Shown: positions 38,330 through 51,813, counted from the first letter of the stretch. The stretch is 64,000 nucleotides of DNA from Octopus sinensis (GCF_006345805.1 NC_042997.1:38316001-38380000), one strand, 5' to 3'. A program made the numbers and translations. The notes: generated by a model not told the origin, from the letters alone.

Positions 38330-39500
38330 GTCTCGTTAGACATGTAAAGCACCGTAAAAGTAATTATGTTGCTATATTTGGCAATATATTAGATTGTAAA
38401 AAGGGACTAAAGAAAATGGATTTGCATTTACTAAAGGGCGTACATTACTGGAATTGCAGCTTAAAGACCTCACCAAGTAAGCTATTATCTCAGTTTAGCC
38501 CAACTGATCAGTAACTATTTTCGTTTAAATTGTGCTAGTCTTTAGAGTTGAAATATTTGGATTTTTGTAAAAGCTATCTTAACACATATAGTAATATATG
38601 TTTCAAATAACAGAGTTAAAAGAATACTCATTTTTTTATCAGAGGCATCGCATCAAACAAATTTGCTACTTCACCGATGTTCATAATATCAACGATGGAC
38701 GTTTTGAAGGCACAGTAGACTTTACTAAATGTCTTACGGAATTCTATGCTAAGCACAACTGATTCTGCCGAAATATTGATTTCTCACGTAGCTCTAGGCT
38801 ACACTTGGTAGTACAAGGGTAAAGATTAAATTTAACTTAGTACTTTTTGCGTCCCTTTTAGCGGTCAAATGCCAATTTATCCCTGCAATATTTTAAATCA
38901 GAAAAAAAATGGTAAATACTTCAAGGATTATTATCTTTGTTATAACTGTTTCAGAAACAAACTTTTAGGAAATACGTAATACGATGGGGAAGGGCTGTAT
39001 ACATGTCTAGACCGGGAGTGACTGACCTTGGGAATAGAGAGAAGAAAAGTGAAATATAAATTTATTCCTGTTTTAATTACCTTGCGCTACCAGTAGGAAA
39101 ACAGAGATAATTAGACGTTCTGAACTATTCAGAAGAAAACATGCTTGGGAAAAAATATCAATGTATATATATTTTTATATATTTGTCGAATAATTGACAG
39201 CAAATACTGATTAATATGCAGCTGGATTTATTGTAACACATGTCAAACTTAGCTTTTCCTAGACTTTTCAAAGACATGGTGGGAATTGAATTTTTTCATT
39301 TAAACTTACATTAATTAAACAAAAGAAACAATTGTTTAATGCTGATTGACCTATATGTGTCATAAATTCAAGTAGAAATATTTTTCTTTTATTTTACATA
39401 TGTTTTCGTTCGTGAAAATCTTAATCTTGTGCATTTACTGCAACCTGGGAAGGTAGAAAATTATATCACATTTCTGAACATGAGACAGCAATGATTTAAA
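38330..39500 (-). pseudogene. Diverged paralogue of the galaxin promoter/first-exon block (~10050-11650); start codon deleted, donor retained at 39080
   Basis: Colinear matches, e.g. tacttcaccgat(a/g)ttcataatatcaac and gggaa...atatcac(g/a)tttctgaaca. The exon remnant reads LIISVFLLVAQ G|gtaatt; TATAAAA at 39179-39173. Confidence 0.7.
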
Positions 39501-40240
39501 TTTTAAAAATATATATTGTTTTTAAATGAACGATTTAACATTGAGAAATTGCGAAAAAAAATATTCTGTCACGGAATAAAATATTGATAAACAGTTGTTT
39601 TTCTATTTTTGAATGCCCTGAAATATACTTAAATAGTATGCCGCCGGGTCACTCTGCTTTCATTTGCTTTCAATAACTCACTGTTCTGCAAACAATCATT
39701 GAACTTAATGTAAGGTAAGCCCATATCGAAAAATCCATAATATTGATGAATTTCTACATGTATATTACCTAAAGTTTAGCTGATTAAGTTCCTCAGTACT
39801 TACATATATAATTCAGAGAATGCGTTCATCTTGGCATACAATGGTTTTAGGTCATCTATATTGTGTAACCATGTAAGTATAAAAATAAGAAATTCTTAAT
39901 TATGAAAATGTGAAATTTGAAATTAATAATCTTGTTCTTGATCGTCCACATGTTTTATTTCACGTATGTTACAAGATCTACACCGATTAGAAGTTACTGT
40001 TAATAACTTATTAGGTTGTCAGATAAATTGTTCGTTTTCTTGCACTATAATCCTTAATTTTCATCAATAATTTTTTTACAAATTAGTCAATAATATATAC
40101 TCATTCATAGTTCACGACTCCTTGCCAACATTGCATAACGCCTAACGGTGGTTAGCATATCTTTTATTAAAATCACCTTCGCATCTATCAATATATTTTT
40201 TCTTTTTGGATGTTATTATGTTGAAGCGCTGAGGTGAATA

Positions 40241-40632
40241 TCTTTATATATAAAAGTAAGGTTGTGTGTCTGTCTCCTACGCTTTAGATTCCTAACTACT
40301 CCCACATTTTGCGGTGCAGTGTAACCAAAACCGGGTATCTTATAGTCGTGATTCATATCGAGCCCTTCTGTGTATTAGCGCGCATCTACGATGAGTCTAG
40401 GATTTTAAAAAAATTTACCATCAATTTTTACCATTTTTAATGCATTTTTGGCATATATAAGGGAAGTAACTCTTTAAAAATTTATTATTAAATCTCAGAA
40501 CGTAAAAAGCTACAGTAACACTCCCCTTTTGTGGTTAGCCATATTGAGATGGCTATTATACTTTACATCTCTAAAAATGCTTATATAGTTATTTCCCTTA
40601 CAAACCCGAGCAACGCCGGGCGATACTGCTAG
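40241..40632 (+). mobile_element. Non-autonomous Helitron-type element
   Basis: A|TC start, subterminal hairpin cccgagcaacgccggg, CTAG|T end. Confidence 0.85.
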
Positions 40633-40789
40633 TTATTTCATAAATCACTGATGTAATCCCGAATGTCTGCTAGAGTAAGCAAGTTTCTGGGAACAGATAC
40701 AACTTGGAGTGGGCGCCTCGTGCGTCCTGCGATTGATAACATTCTTCTCGTTGGAACAGCATCAGTATAAAGCTTTCCCTGATCATATT

Positions 40790-41180
40790 CTTTTATTCTT
40801 TTATTTGGAGCCTCACCTTTTAGTCGAACAAATCGACCCCAGGACTTATTCTTTGGATGCCTACTACATATTCTATCGGTCTTTTTGCCGAACCGTTAAG
40901 TTACGGGGACGTAAATACACCAGAGTCTGTTGTCAAGCGATGTTGGGAGAGAAAGACAGACACGCAAACACAGACACACACACACACACACACACAGAGG
41001 CACGCACACACACACACACACGACGGGTTTCATTCAGTTTCTGTCTACTAGATCCACTCACAAGGCTTTGGCCAGCCCGAAGCTATAGTAGAAGACACTT
41101 GTCCAAGGTGCCACGCAGTGGGACTGAACCTGAATCCATGCGGATGGGAAGCAAGCTTCATAACACACAACCACGCCTAT
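40790..41180 (-). mobile_element. SINE family B, diverged
   Basis: Family B body with internal (CA)n. Confidence 0.75.
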
Positions 41181-41348
41181 ATTAAAAAAAGTTTCCTACA
41201 TACACACATACAAACATACACGCACACACATGTTTATATAGGAGAGGCTTATCAATCAAGGCGAGGAAACGTCAACTCACATTAGTCTTAACATTCAAAG
41301 GGAATGTGGGACAAAGCATATAATCTTCCTGCATCTTTTTATATTTCA

Positions 41349-41746
41349 CTAGCAGTATCACCCGGCGTTGCTCGGGTTTGTAAGGGAAATAACTATAAAG
41401 CATTTTTAGAGAGTTATAGCCAAAAAATAGCAAAAAATGCATTAAAAATGGAATATAAATTATGGTAAATTTTTTTTAAATCGTTGACTCATCGTAGACA
41501 TTTTTAGAGAGTTACTTCCCTTATATAATGGCGAAAAAATTCATTAGAATGGAAAAAAATGATGGTAAATTATTTTTAAAATCGTAGACTCATCGTAGAC
41601 GCGCGCTAATACCCAGAAGGGCTCGATATGAATCACGACTATAAGATACCCGGTTTTGGTTAAACTGCACTGCATAATGTGGGAATAGTTAGGAATCTAA
41701 ATCGTAGGAGACAGACAGCACACAACCTTACTTTTATATATAAAGA
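41349..41746 (-). mobile_element. Non-autonomous Helitron-type element
   Basis: Reverse complement of the 40241-40632 family, with TC...hairpin...CTAG ends. Confidence 0.85.
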
Positions 41747-42488
41747 TATTCATAGTTATAAGGTTGTAAGTTATTCTAACTTTCAAGCCACCCTTAACCA
41801 CAGCATTACTATAGTAGGCCGCTGCCTTATTGAATACTTCCCTAGAGGACGTGAGATTAGATATTCTGTTGCTGATATAGACTACAATATTTTTGACTAT
41901 AATGGAGAGATAAGTCAGTTCATGTATACAGGTGAAGTTTTCATTCGGTTTATGATAGAATTTATGATACATGTTTAAGCCCTAAAAAACATCTAAGACG
42001 TTTATTTAGAGGGGCCTAATTGACTAAAATATATATGACATTTTTCCTAAAGCTTCAAGCCATCACACATGCCTAAACCATCATCATAGTATAGACCAAC
42101 GCTGTGATATGATTTGAGTATATAGTATAAAAGATACCTATTTAAAGAGATACAGGCGCAGGAGTGGCTGTGTGGTAAGTAGCTTTCTCACCGAACGGAC
42201 GCGTTTTTTTTTCGCTCCGGCAAATGTCACGTGTTGACGTGAATTATTGAACATTTTACGGCAACAGGTAGGACATTTTGGATATTTTTGGAAGCATAGT
42301 GAGGTTTATTGCTTGCCGTTAATACTTTTTTGGCATTAATGTTAATTAGTGTTAACACTTTTCTGCGCGTAATAAGCTTCACTTTGCTTCGGATGTATTT
42401 GTTCTGCCTCTTGGCATATTTATTGTCTCACCTTTTAGTGAGAATTGTGTTTTGAGAGGCATAAGTCCTCCTCAAAAATTAATTTGTT

Positions 42489-42636
42489 CGCTTGGATTTA
42501 CCACGGAGAACCAATTGTGCTTGGATTTAACACGGAGAACCAATTGTGCTTGGATTTACGACGGAGAACCAATTGTGCTTGGATTTACCACGGAGAACCA
42601 ATTGTGCTTGGATTTACCACGGAGAACCAAGTGTGC
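42489..42636 (+). repeat. 29-bp tandem repeat x5 in the 5' UTR of the ORF1-only element
   Basis: cttggatttaccacggagaaccaattgtg starts at 42491, 42520, 42549, 42578 and 42607. Confidence 0.95.
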
Positions 42637-42762
42637 TGCAACTGGAGTACCCTGTTTCGTGAGGATTACCAGTTGCAGAACTGTGTTGCCATTATTTGAA
42701 CTGTCTTCCTTCGTCCTTTTCTCTGCTCTGTCTTACTGTTCTGTCATTGTGTTTTTTTCTTA

Positions 42763-43905
42763 TTGGACTTTTTTATGGCAAAAAAGGAGTTAACCATATG
42801 GGAGTTAACACCTCCGAAGGGTTACCTGAAGGAGCTGGAGGACAAAACCGTGGTGTTGAGGACTTATTCAAAGTCACTCAACACCATAATGGTTTTTCCG
42901 AAAGCCACTATTGTGAACGAGCTGGCAGACTATATGCCAGCCGTTAAATACATCCAACGGGGAGCCAAATACGCAACGATTTGGTTGCTGTTTGACTTCC
43001 CTAAAGCAGCTTGCAATTTCGCAAGCAAGCCCATTGAGGGCGAAGAGATTTTGTTTCTCCCAAGCTACAAGGGAGAAAAATTAATAAGATTATGCGTCTG
43101 CGGCCTGCCACCCGGCTTTGAGCCCGAGTGGGTGGAAGATTCTATCCGACGGGGTCTGAGTGGTGGTAGCGCCAAGATCCTGAACGTAAGAATGCAGCCT
43201 GCGGCTGATTGGGAGGGGTCAAAGGCTACTTTGACTCTATGGACCCAGTCAGCCAAGAGTCTGGTTTTGCCGGACTTTTTGAGGATGGCCGGGTCCAAGT
43301 ATCCGGTGATGCTTGAGGGACGCCCCCCCCCCAAGTGTCACCTGTGTTTGGAGACCGGTCACATTAAGAAGAACTGCCCCAGGGACCAGAGTAGGATCCT
43401 GGAGAAGTTAATATCAGAGCCTCTCCCTGTCCCACCAATGGAGGGAGAGAAACAGAACGAGGAAGCGGTGGCTTCCTCAACAAGAAAACGAAAAGTGGGA
43501 AACAATGGTGACCCACTAAAAGACCCGGAAGCTACGGGAGAAAGAGTGGACCCGGCGTGTGCAACGCCGGAACCTCAACCTCCCGTGGCCCAGGATAAAA
43601 AGAAAAAAAGAAAGAAAAGAAACGGGACGCCGCCAGCGGATTGTAACACGTAGACGGCGTCTCCCATGTGTCCTCCGGCGGTTGTGGGGCCGGAGAAATA
43701 TTATGTGGTCCTCTTCCACAAAGGAGGTACACTAGAGAATGAAATAGGTAAGATGAGGAAGAGAAACCAATGGGAGGGACTTCGGTCCTGCATGGAGTAT
43801 CCCGAGTGGCCTTCGCAGCTGGCTGCGGAGGTCCTACTCGAAAATGATATGTGCAGGATCGAGAATTCTTTCCCGGAGAATCTCTTGCAAGTTATACCTA
43901 TATGA
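42763..43905 (+). CDS. Gag-like ORF1 nucleic-acid-binding protein with a CCHC zinc knuckle; one in-frame TAG at 43651-43653
   Basis: CHLCLETGHIKKNC (CX2CX4HX4C) and basic KKKKRKKR. The ORFs at 42763-43653 and 43666-43905 are in the same frame (380 codons plus the final stop, including the internal TAG). Confidence 0.75.
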
Positions 43906-45429
43906 CGAAGAACGATTGCGTCATTAAAGCAACAGCGTTCATCGGTCAGGTAACGTGAACCTGTATTTGGGTCATATTGCGATAGAGGTTTATTGCCTCT
44001 GGAAAAACTTTTGAAATTGTAAATTGTAAAATTTGGAATTTTTTTTTGAAATTTTTGAATTTTTGTAAAATTTTGGAAATTTTGTAAAATTATTGGAAAA
44101 AAAAAAGAACATTGTTTTAGAGAAGCGAGAGTCGGCGGGCGCTTTTTGACTTCTCCCATCACCATCTTCATCCACCACCACCATCATCCATTAATGTCTT
44201 TGTCCAGCCCGTAGCTACTCTGTGTGCTGCCCTAGTGGCAAAATTGTTGAAATAAAGTAGCTTGCTAACCAGCCACATGGTTCCGGGTTCAGTCCCACTG
44301 CGTGGCATCTTGGGCAAGTGTCTTCTGCTATAGCCCCAGGCCGACCAATGCCTTGTGAGTGGATTTGGTAGACGGAAATTGAAAGAAGCCTGTCGTATAT
44401 ATGTATATATATATAAGTGTGTGTGTATATGTTTGTGTGTCTGTGTTTGTCCCCCTAGCATTGCTTGACAACCGATGCTGGTGTGTTTACATCCCCGTTA
44501 CTTAGCGGTTCGGCAAAAGAGACCGATAGAATAAGTACTGGGCTTACAAAGAATAAGTCCCGGGTCGATTTGCTCGACTAAAGGCGGTGCTACAGCATGG
44601 CCGCAGTCAAATGACTGAAACAAGTAAAAGAGTAAAAGAGAAAAAAAGAGATACAGTTTTGTTTAGTTAAAAAATCGCATATCTTTTTTTTTTACATCTG
44701 AGTATTCTACTGACATATTAAATTGTAGATCTGAAACGTTTGTTGAATGTAAGCATCAGGACAAAATCATTTGCTGAACTAGTTAGCAATACCCTCTCCG
44801 TATTAAGCATGCAGTCTCACAAAATTTACAAACTTCTAGTTCACGAACAATATCAATTTTGTTGAAAACTAGCCAAAGAGACGCAGTTCCTGATTTTCTG
44901 ATTCATTTTAAAGTTTGTTAATGTTTTATTTTTTCTCACTTCATTTTTCTTTTGGTCTTTTCCTTTTTTTTCCTTTTTCGAAGACTATGGCCCTCTCTCA
45001 TTTTTCTCTAACACCGCCATGCTGTGCATTTGAGTCTGAATCATTGCTTTGAAACACACGATCATCGTGCTTTGGTCGTGCTTGTTTGTTGTTCGGCCAT
45101 TTCAAGCAAGGCTTCATCTTCTACAACAGAAGGTCTCCCTGATTTGGTTTATCTTCAAAGCTGGCGTCACATTTCTTGAAACTTCTGAGCCAGTTTTGTG
45201 TCACACGTTTCTTGACAGTTCCAACGCCTTCCACATCAGTAATTTCTGTTGCTGTTCAACTCAGTTCTTTTTTCAACACTTTGCTGAAATAGTTCTAATT
45301 GCAATTTTTCAGCACTCATTATCAAAGCAGTAAAATAAAGTATAAACAATAAATGTTTATATGTTATCAGGTAGATGTACATTAGCATATCCATACTAAT
45401 AAATCTATGTACTCATATATACCAAGTGG

Positions 45430-47000
45430 TTGACATTTGCTAGGACAATGCTGTGCCTAAAAAATATCGAAAACGGCAATACGGTAGACAATTACAGGCC
45501 GATATCCTGTTTGCCACTTATGTGGAATTATTGACTGGAATACTCGGAGACTCAATGTACGAACACCTGGAAAAAAAACTGGAGCCCTGCCACATGAGCA
45601 GAAGAGTTGCAAGCGTAAGTGCAGAGGTGCCAAGGATCAACTCCTGATAGATAAAACTGTACTCAGAGACTGCAAGAGGAGGAAAAGTAACTTAGCCATG
45701 TCATGGATCGACTATTGTAAAGCGTACGATATGCTCCCACAGTCTTGGATTATGGAGTGTATGAACCTATTCGGGGTTGCATCGAATGTTGAACGATTGC
45801 TTGGAAAAAGGATGGCGAATTGGAGGACGGAACTGACAGCATACGAAAGAAGTTTAGGGACAGTAGAAATTAGGAGGGGCATCTTCCAAGGGGACTGCCT
45901 GTCCCCACTGATCGTTGTACTCTGCTTGATACCACTGATACAGAATCTGAGGAAAGCAAAAGCTGGGTATGGATTCAAAAGCCGCTAACGAAAAGTCAAC
46001 CATTTGTTATTCATGGATGACCTCAAACTCATACCGTCAGTGCTGCTATCAGAATGGAGTTCCGACTTAGAAAGTGTGGTGTGTTAGCATTGAAGAAAAG
46101 GAAAATCAAATGTATGGATGGACTAACTATACCGTCGGGGGGGGGGTTATGCAGCATGTAGAAGAGACGGGCTATAAGTACTAGGGGATTTTGGAAATGG
46201 ATAAATTGGTGGAGAAAGAAATGACAGAGAAATTTAAGGTGGGGTACTTGCGCAGACTGAGACTGATCCTTAAGTCGAAATTAAACGAACGGAATAAGAT
46301 CGAAGCAATCAACATTTGGGCGGTTTCACTCCTTCGATATGGAGCAGGGGTAATCACTTGGACAGAAAGACAAGGAAGTTGCTAACTAGATATGGGTCAC
46401 TCCACCCAAAAAGTGACACAGACAGAGTGCATGTACCAACAAAAAGATAGGGAAGAGGACTTATTGGATGCGAACACAGCATTAGAGCGGAAGAAAGCAA
46501 CATATCATGGTATGTAAAAAATGCCACAGAATCGCTATTATTAAAAGAAGACCAAGCTTGTGTAGGATAAAAGATTGCAAAGATAAAGCACTATACAAGG
46601 AATTGAAAATGAATGTAACTGAAAATAGGTGGGTAAAGAAAAGAGTTCATTGTCAATTTCATAGGGATGTTGAAGATAAGAAAGACAGAGAAAAAAGATG
46701 GCTGTGGATGACTAAAAGTGATTTAAAACGGGAAATGGAAACTCTAATCTGTGCTGCATAAGAGCAAGCACTAAGAATAAACTACATAAAATACAGAATA
46801 GACAGCACATCAGAAAATTATAAGTGCAGAATCTGTGGACAAAACATATTACCAGCCAATGTACGCCACTAGCCCAGACGGAATATAAGAGACGTCACGA
46901 CAATATAGTCAGGCTTGTCCATTGGACACTTTGCAACAAGTATGGAGTTGACAGAGCTAAAATTGGTACGACCACAAACCTGAAGGCATCATCGAAAATA
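45430..47000 (+). mobile_element. Degraded Dong/R4-type LINE (third family)
   Basis: [48 protein letters not shown]; multiple frameshifts. Confidence 0.85.
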
Positions 47001-47423
47001 GAAATGCGTAACCGTATTTCGTCTGCCGTTACGTTCTGTGTTCAAATTCTGCCGAGGTCGAGTTAGCCTTTCATCCTTTCGGGTCGATCAAATTAAGTAC
47101 CAGTCGAACACTAGGGGTCGATGTAATCGACTAGACCCCTCCCTCAAATTTCGGGTCTTGTGCCTATAGTTAAAAGGATAATTATCATTAGGAATAGAGC
47201 CGTTCCTCTTAAAAAATTGCTGGCCCTGAGCGACAATTTGAGAGCATTATTCTTTCTCGCGCAAAGGCGACGAACTGAGAGAATTGTCATCACACCAGAC
47301 AAAATACTTAGCGGTGTTTCTTCCGAAATTACGCTCTGAGTTCAAATGCCGCTGAGGTCGACTTTATCTTTCATTCTTTGAGGGTCGATAAGTATCAGTG
47401 GAGCACTAGGGTCGATGTTTCGA

Positions 47424-48051
47424 TTGTTATTATTATTATTCAGGTCACTGTCTCGAATCGAACTCGGACTCTTGGGTAGCCCACGCCCTAAACCACTCCG
47501 CCATATGCCCGTGGGCAATTATGGAGTGAATTTTAGGGCTTATAAATCTAGTATTTTCCTATCCTTCCTTAATACCGATTCCAATATGCTATCCATATAT
47601 GTTCTCGGTCTGCTTGTGTCCTATCATATGTGCTGCTTCATTTAATTTTCGTATTTTCCAGTGGTGTTCTCTGTCTATTATTTTAACTTCATCCCACAAG
47701 AGGAGGAGGTCTCTATTTTTCCATATATGATCAGTTATACCCGATTTATCAATATGTCCACGTTTCACACCTTTGCGATGTTCGTCTGCCCTTAGTTTGA
47801 GGGGGCGGCATGTTTCGCCTTTGTATAACCTACCACAGCTGCACGGGATGGAGTACACACAATTTTTGGTCGTATTCTCTTCTATTGGTGGTTTTACCCG
47901 GAGGAGATGTTTGCGAAGTGTAAAACCACCAATAGAAGAGAATATGACCAAAAACTGTGTGCACTCCATCCCGTGCAGCTGTGGTAGTTTATACAAACGC
48001 GAAACATGCAGCTCCCTCAAAATAAGGGTAGAGGAATATCGCAAACTGTGA

Positions 48052-48052
<1 letters not shown>
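47424..48052 (-). mobile_element. Penelope-like element 3' fragment: GIY-YIG endonuclease with a 5' inversion and a tRNA-like segment in the 3' UTR
   Basis: KNCVYSIPCSCGRLYKGETCRPLKLRADEH...KSGITDHIW...RKLNEA. 47925-48050 is an inverted copy of ~47800-47905. A/B-box-like motifs at 47503-47493 and 47465-47455. Confidence 0.85.
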
Positions 48053-48093
<41 letters not shown>

Positions 48094-49376
48094 TAATGAT
48101 ATAGATTGTGCACATATGATTACTATTTAAGTAGATCTTTCGCATCTGCTGTACAACTATTAATACTGAAAATAGATGAAATCTCACATTTTACAATTTT
48201 TCCTTCCATTGAGCAGCAACGCTTATATATAGATAACATATCTATTTGTTGAACTAGTCTATATAAAAGTCAAGCGACAAAATATTTGCCTTTCATTCTA
48301 AACGTTCCTCAACTAACTTTTGGAGCACGCTCTCATTAACAAGAGTAAGACAGGTTTTCACTTCAATTATTGTGTCAAAAGGCGTAAATATCATTCTACA
48401 CGTTAATATCTTTTATGAAGTTACTAATGAGACAGAAGCTAGTGAATATATGCGCTTACCTTATATTGCATCATCATGATTTTATTTCTTTTTCTGTTTA
48501 CATTTTTACTAAGATGGCTGGCTTTTATCTAAGTACATGAAAATCTCACCTTTTATGCAGCAAATTATAAAGCTAAAATGCTATACAGTTTGACGTTTTG
48601 AATTGCTGATGCGTCAGAAGAAAAGACTCACCTTGCTGTGTCATATTCAATTTGAAACAAATTAGGACGATTAACGTTTCCGAAAGATAAGAGACAGACA
48701 ATATCGTTAAATCTCTAGAAAAGATGCTAGTAGAAGACTTCTTTGAAGTTATAGATGATTTTAAAATGAAATTACAGACTTTTGTAAATGCATATGTTGA
48801 TATTTTAACCCACGGTTCAAAAGAAGATCAATCGCCACAAAAGATCACACACACTGTATTTAATGATTTAGATGCCGAGTCCTTTAATTTAAAATATTCT
48901 GTAACTCAAGCTACAATGATAATTCAGGAGCAAATGCATTTCTTTAATAATAATCTTCTAATGCAGGTGCAACTAAATTACATCATTTATAAAGATATAA
49001 CCAATACATGTCTAATTATATAAAATTAAGAATATAATGTAAATGCGGTGTTCTCTCTTTGGAAGAGAAGCCAAATTCTATAATAAAATTAATAGCACAG
49101 AACTATATTCAATGGACTCTATTATAATACACCAGAGAAAACCATATGCTTAATGACCATATTTGGCAAGCGTTATATTTCGTATTCGTGTTTCTTTTTA
49201 ATATGATGCTGTGTTGTCAACAGCTAAATAATTTTCACTTTATCAAAATACAATCATTCTGATGACGGATATGTGTTTTTGTTAACACTTTCTTGAAGTT
49301 GTGGACAGAGACATGCTAGTCAAATGCACAAGACTTAAATTGTAAAGGGGATGTGTAAAACAATAGATAATAATTA

Positions 49377-49776
49377 TACTCTTTTACTCTTTTATTTGTT
49401 TCAGCCATTTGACTGCGGCCATGCTGGAGCACCGCCTTTAATCGAACAACTCGACCCCGGAACTTATTCTTTTGTAAGCCCAGTACTTATTCTATTGGTC
49501 TCTTTGCCGAACCGCTAAGTAACGGGGACATAAACACACCAGCATCGGTTGTCAAGCAATGCTAGAGGGACAAAGACTCACAAACACACACACGCATATA
49601 TATACATATATACGACGGGCTTCTTTCAGTTTCCATCTACCAATTCCACTCACAAAACTTTGGTCGGTCCGAGGCTATAGTAGAAGACACTTGCCCAAGG
49701 TGCCACGCAGTGGGACTGAACCCAGAACCATGTGGTTGGTTAGCAAGCTACTTACCACACAGCCACTCCTGCGCCT
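49377..49776 (-). mobile_element. SINE family B, full length
   Basis: Family B head, body and tail. Confidence 0.9.
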
Positions 49777-51389
49777 AGTTATGATAACTAGTTATGATAA
49801 CTATCTATATAAAACTCACAAATAATACGTTCTTCACGAGGTAGAGTAACCATTTCTTACTAATACATTAAAAACTTGTAGAGGGTATGCGTGTACATGC
49901 GAATATATGTGAGTTAATATATGTTTATACGCGTGTGTATTTGTATTTGCGTGCGCTTGTGTAAGGGTACGTATGTTGCTTTTCATATATAATTTTCAGA
50001 TGTCGCCGTATATTTTCTATATCATTAAACCTTTCGTGACGAATATTACTCGGAGATAAGGATATGTATCATACATATATAACACTCATCGGTGTGATCA
50101 CTTATATTAACATAATATTGGTTTCCTATTTTATCAAAACTTATAAAAGAACGCAAGCTGAGACGTTATCATGGCGACAGTCGTCATTTTTTTTTAATAT
50201 ATAAACCAAATTTCTAGAGGTAAAGGTAAACCAACGCATAACATTTTATTGTCAGGTGAAGACAACAAAGCTATAAGTAATTTTCTGCTGAAACGAAACT
50301 GCTTAATGATACTGGAGCTAATTCACTTCTCTTATACCGCTGCTGATGCCATTGGGAAACGCATAAACGTCGCTCGTTCCCCTTTTCCAACACATCTACG
50401 TCAATGTCTGATAATCAACGAAAGAAAATCAATATATATCTCATAAACATATATTATCTGTCGACTGAATTTTCACCATTAGATATATCCGCTAATTGAT
50501 AATTGGCTCTATTGATTTCTGGTAAGAGGAAAATTGGATTGTGACTTTCATCCCTTCGTCAAGTGAAGTGATACAGGAGAAAATATTCGTGTATGGCAAC
50601 AGTCGTAGAAATTGGTTTGCTCGAAACATACATCCATTTCCAAGCGCCTAACAAGTATATGATGCTCAAAATTTAACTTATTTAGCACACTGAGAATTCT
50701 CAACTTAATTAGCTCATTGGAAATTCTTCTAAGATTACACAATCCCCAAATAGAAATTGAATACAAGCACCAGCTAGAAAAATGTCTGAGAAAATTATAA
50801 TGGAGTTTTAACAGAGGACATATCGGTTCTTGCTGAAATAGAAATACGTAATTTTCTTAGATATTATCTTCAAGAACATCCAATCAGAATTATAACTACT
50901 GAAAAATATATAGATAGAAAAAAATAATCCCAAATGCAAGTATCTGAAAATAGTATGTTCAGAAGTTTAAGTTTAAAATATCTGAAAGAATTTCCATTTA
51001 AATGCAATAAGGACAGAAAACACGAGACAGACAAATATATAAACACCAACACAAATCAAGACATAATATCTTAAAACTAACCAAATAAATTATAACTATA
51101 CATTGCATAATGATCACCAAATAACAAAAAAAAAGCTATAAATGCAAAGAGATAAAATTGCATGAATATGCTGGAAAAAATACACTATGCATGCACTTAA
51201 GGTAAACGGATTGATTTTCCGTGAAATAACGAATGTATGTAGTAAAATCAAGGACACGAAATTAAAGCTGATGATGAGGAACGGATACCGATGGGCATCA
51301 TAGCAATAATAATCCTTTCTGTTATAGGCACAAGACCTGGAATTTGGGAGAAGCGATTAATCGATTACAACGTTCCCTGTATTCAACTA

Positions 51390-51773
51390 GTGGAGGCGCA
51401 ATGGCCCAGTGGTTAGGGCAGCGGACTCGCGGTCGTAGGATCGCGGTTTCGATTCCCAGACCGGGCGTTGTGAGTGTTTATTGAGCGAAAACACCTAAAA
51501 CTCTACGAGGCTCCGGCAGGGATGGTGGTGATCCCTGCTGTACTCTTTCACCACAACTTTCTCTCACTCTTACTTCCTGTTTCTGTTGTACCTGTATTTC
51601 AAAGGGCCGGCCTTGTCACTCTCTGTGCCACGCTGAATATCCCCGAGAACTGCGTTAAGGGTACACGTGTCTGTGGAGTGCTCAGCCACTTACACGTTAA
51701 TTTCACGAGCAGGCTGTTCCGTTGATTCGGATCAACCGGAACCCTCGTCGTCGTAACCGACGGAGCGCTTCCA
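51390..51773 (+). mobile_element. SINE family C (tRNA-like head) with an 11-bp TSD, nested in a SINE A relic
   Basis: A box tggcccagtgg, B box ggtttcgattccc; TSD gtattcaacta at 51379-51389 and 51774-51784. Confidence 0.9.
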
Positions 51774-51813
51774 GTATTCAACTAAAGTCAGCCTCGGCGG
51801 AATTTTAACTCAG

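Larger units (their letters stand above)
42186..44254 (+). mobile_element. ORF1-only non-LTR retroelement (half-L1/Tx1-like) with a 9-bp TSD
   Basis: TSD aagtagctt at 42177-42185 and 44255-44263; terminal AATAAA; gag-like ORF; no endonuclease or RT remnant seen. Confidence 0.75.
42152..44640 (+). mobile_element. SINE family B split by an insertion (42152-42185 and 44255-44640)
   Basis: The head stops at ggtaagtagctt and resumes at aagtagcttgctaacc. Confidence 0.9.

Noticed and set aside
42489-42636. 29-bp direct repeats as a CRISPR array
   Set aside because: The repeats are head-to-tail with no unique spacers, the context is eukaryotic, and there are no cas genes
48724-49023. 99-aa ORF in AT-rich DNA
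   Set aside because: No recognisable motif or splice context; could be a transposase relic but is unsupported
51391-51465. Genuine tRNA genes at SINE heads (also 26880, 4893 and 47440)
   Set aside because: A/B boxes are present but no complete cloverleaf or acceptor stem is evident, and each continues into a repeat body
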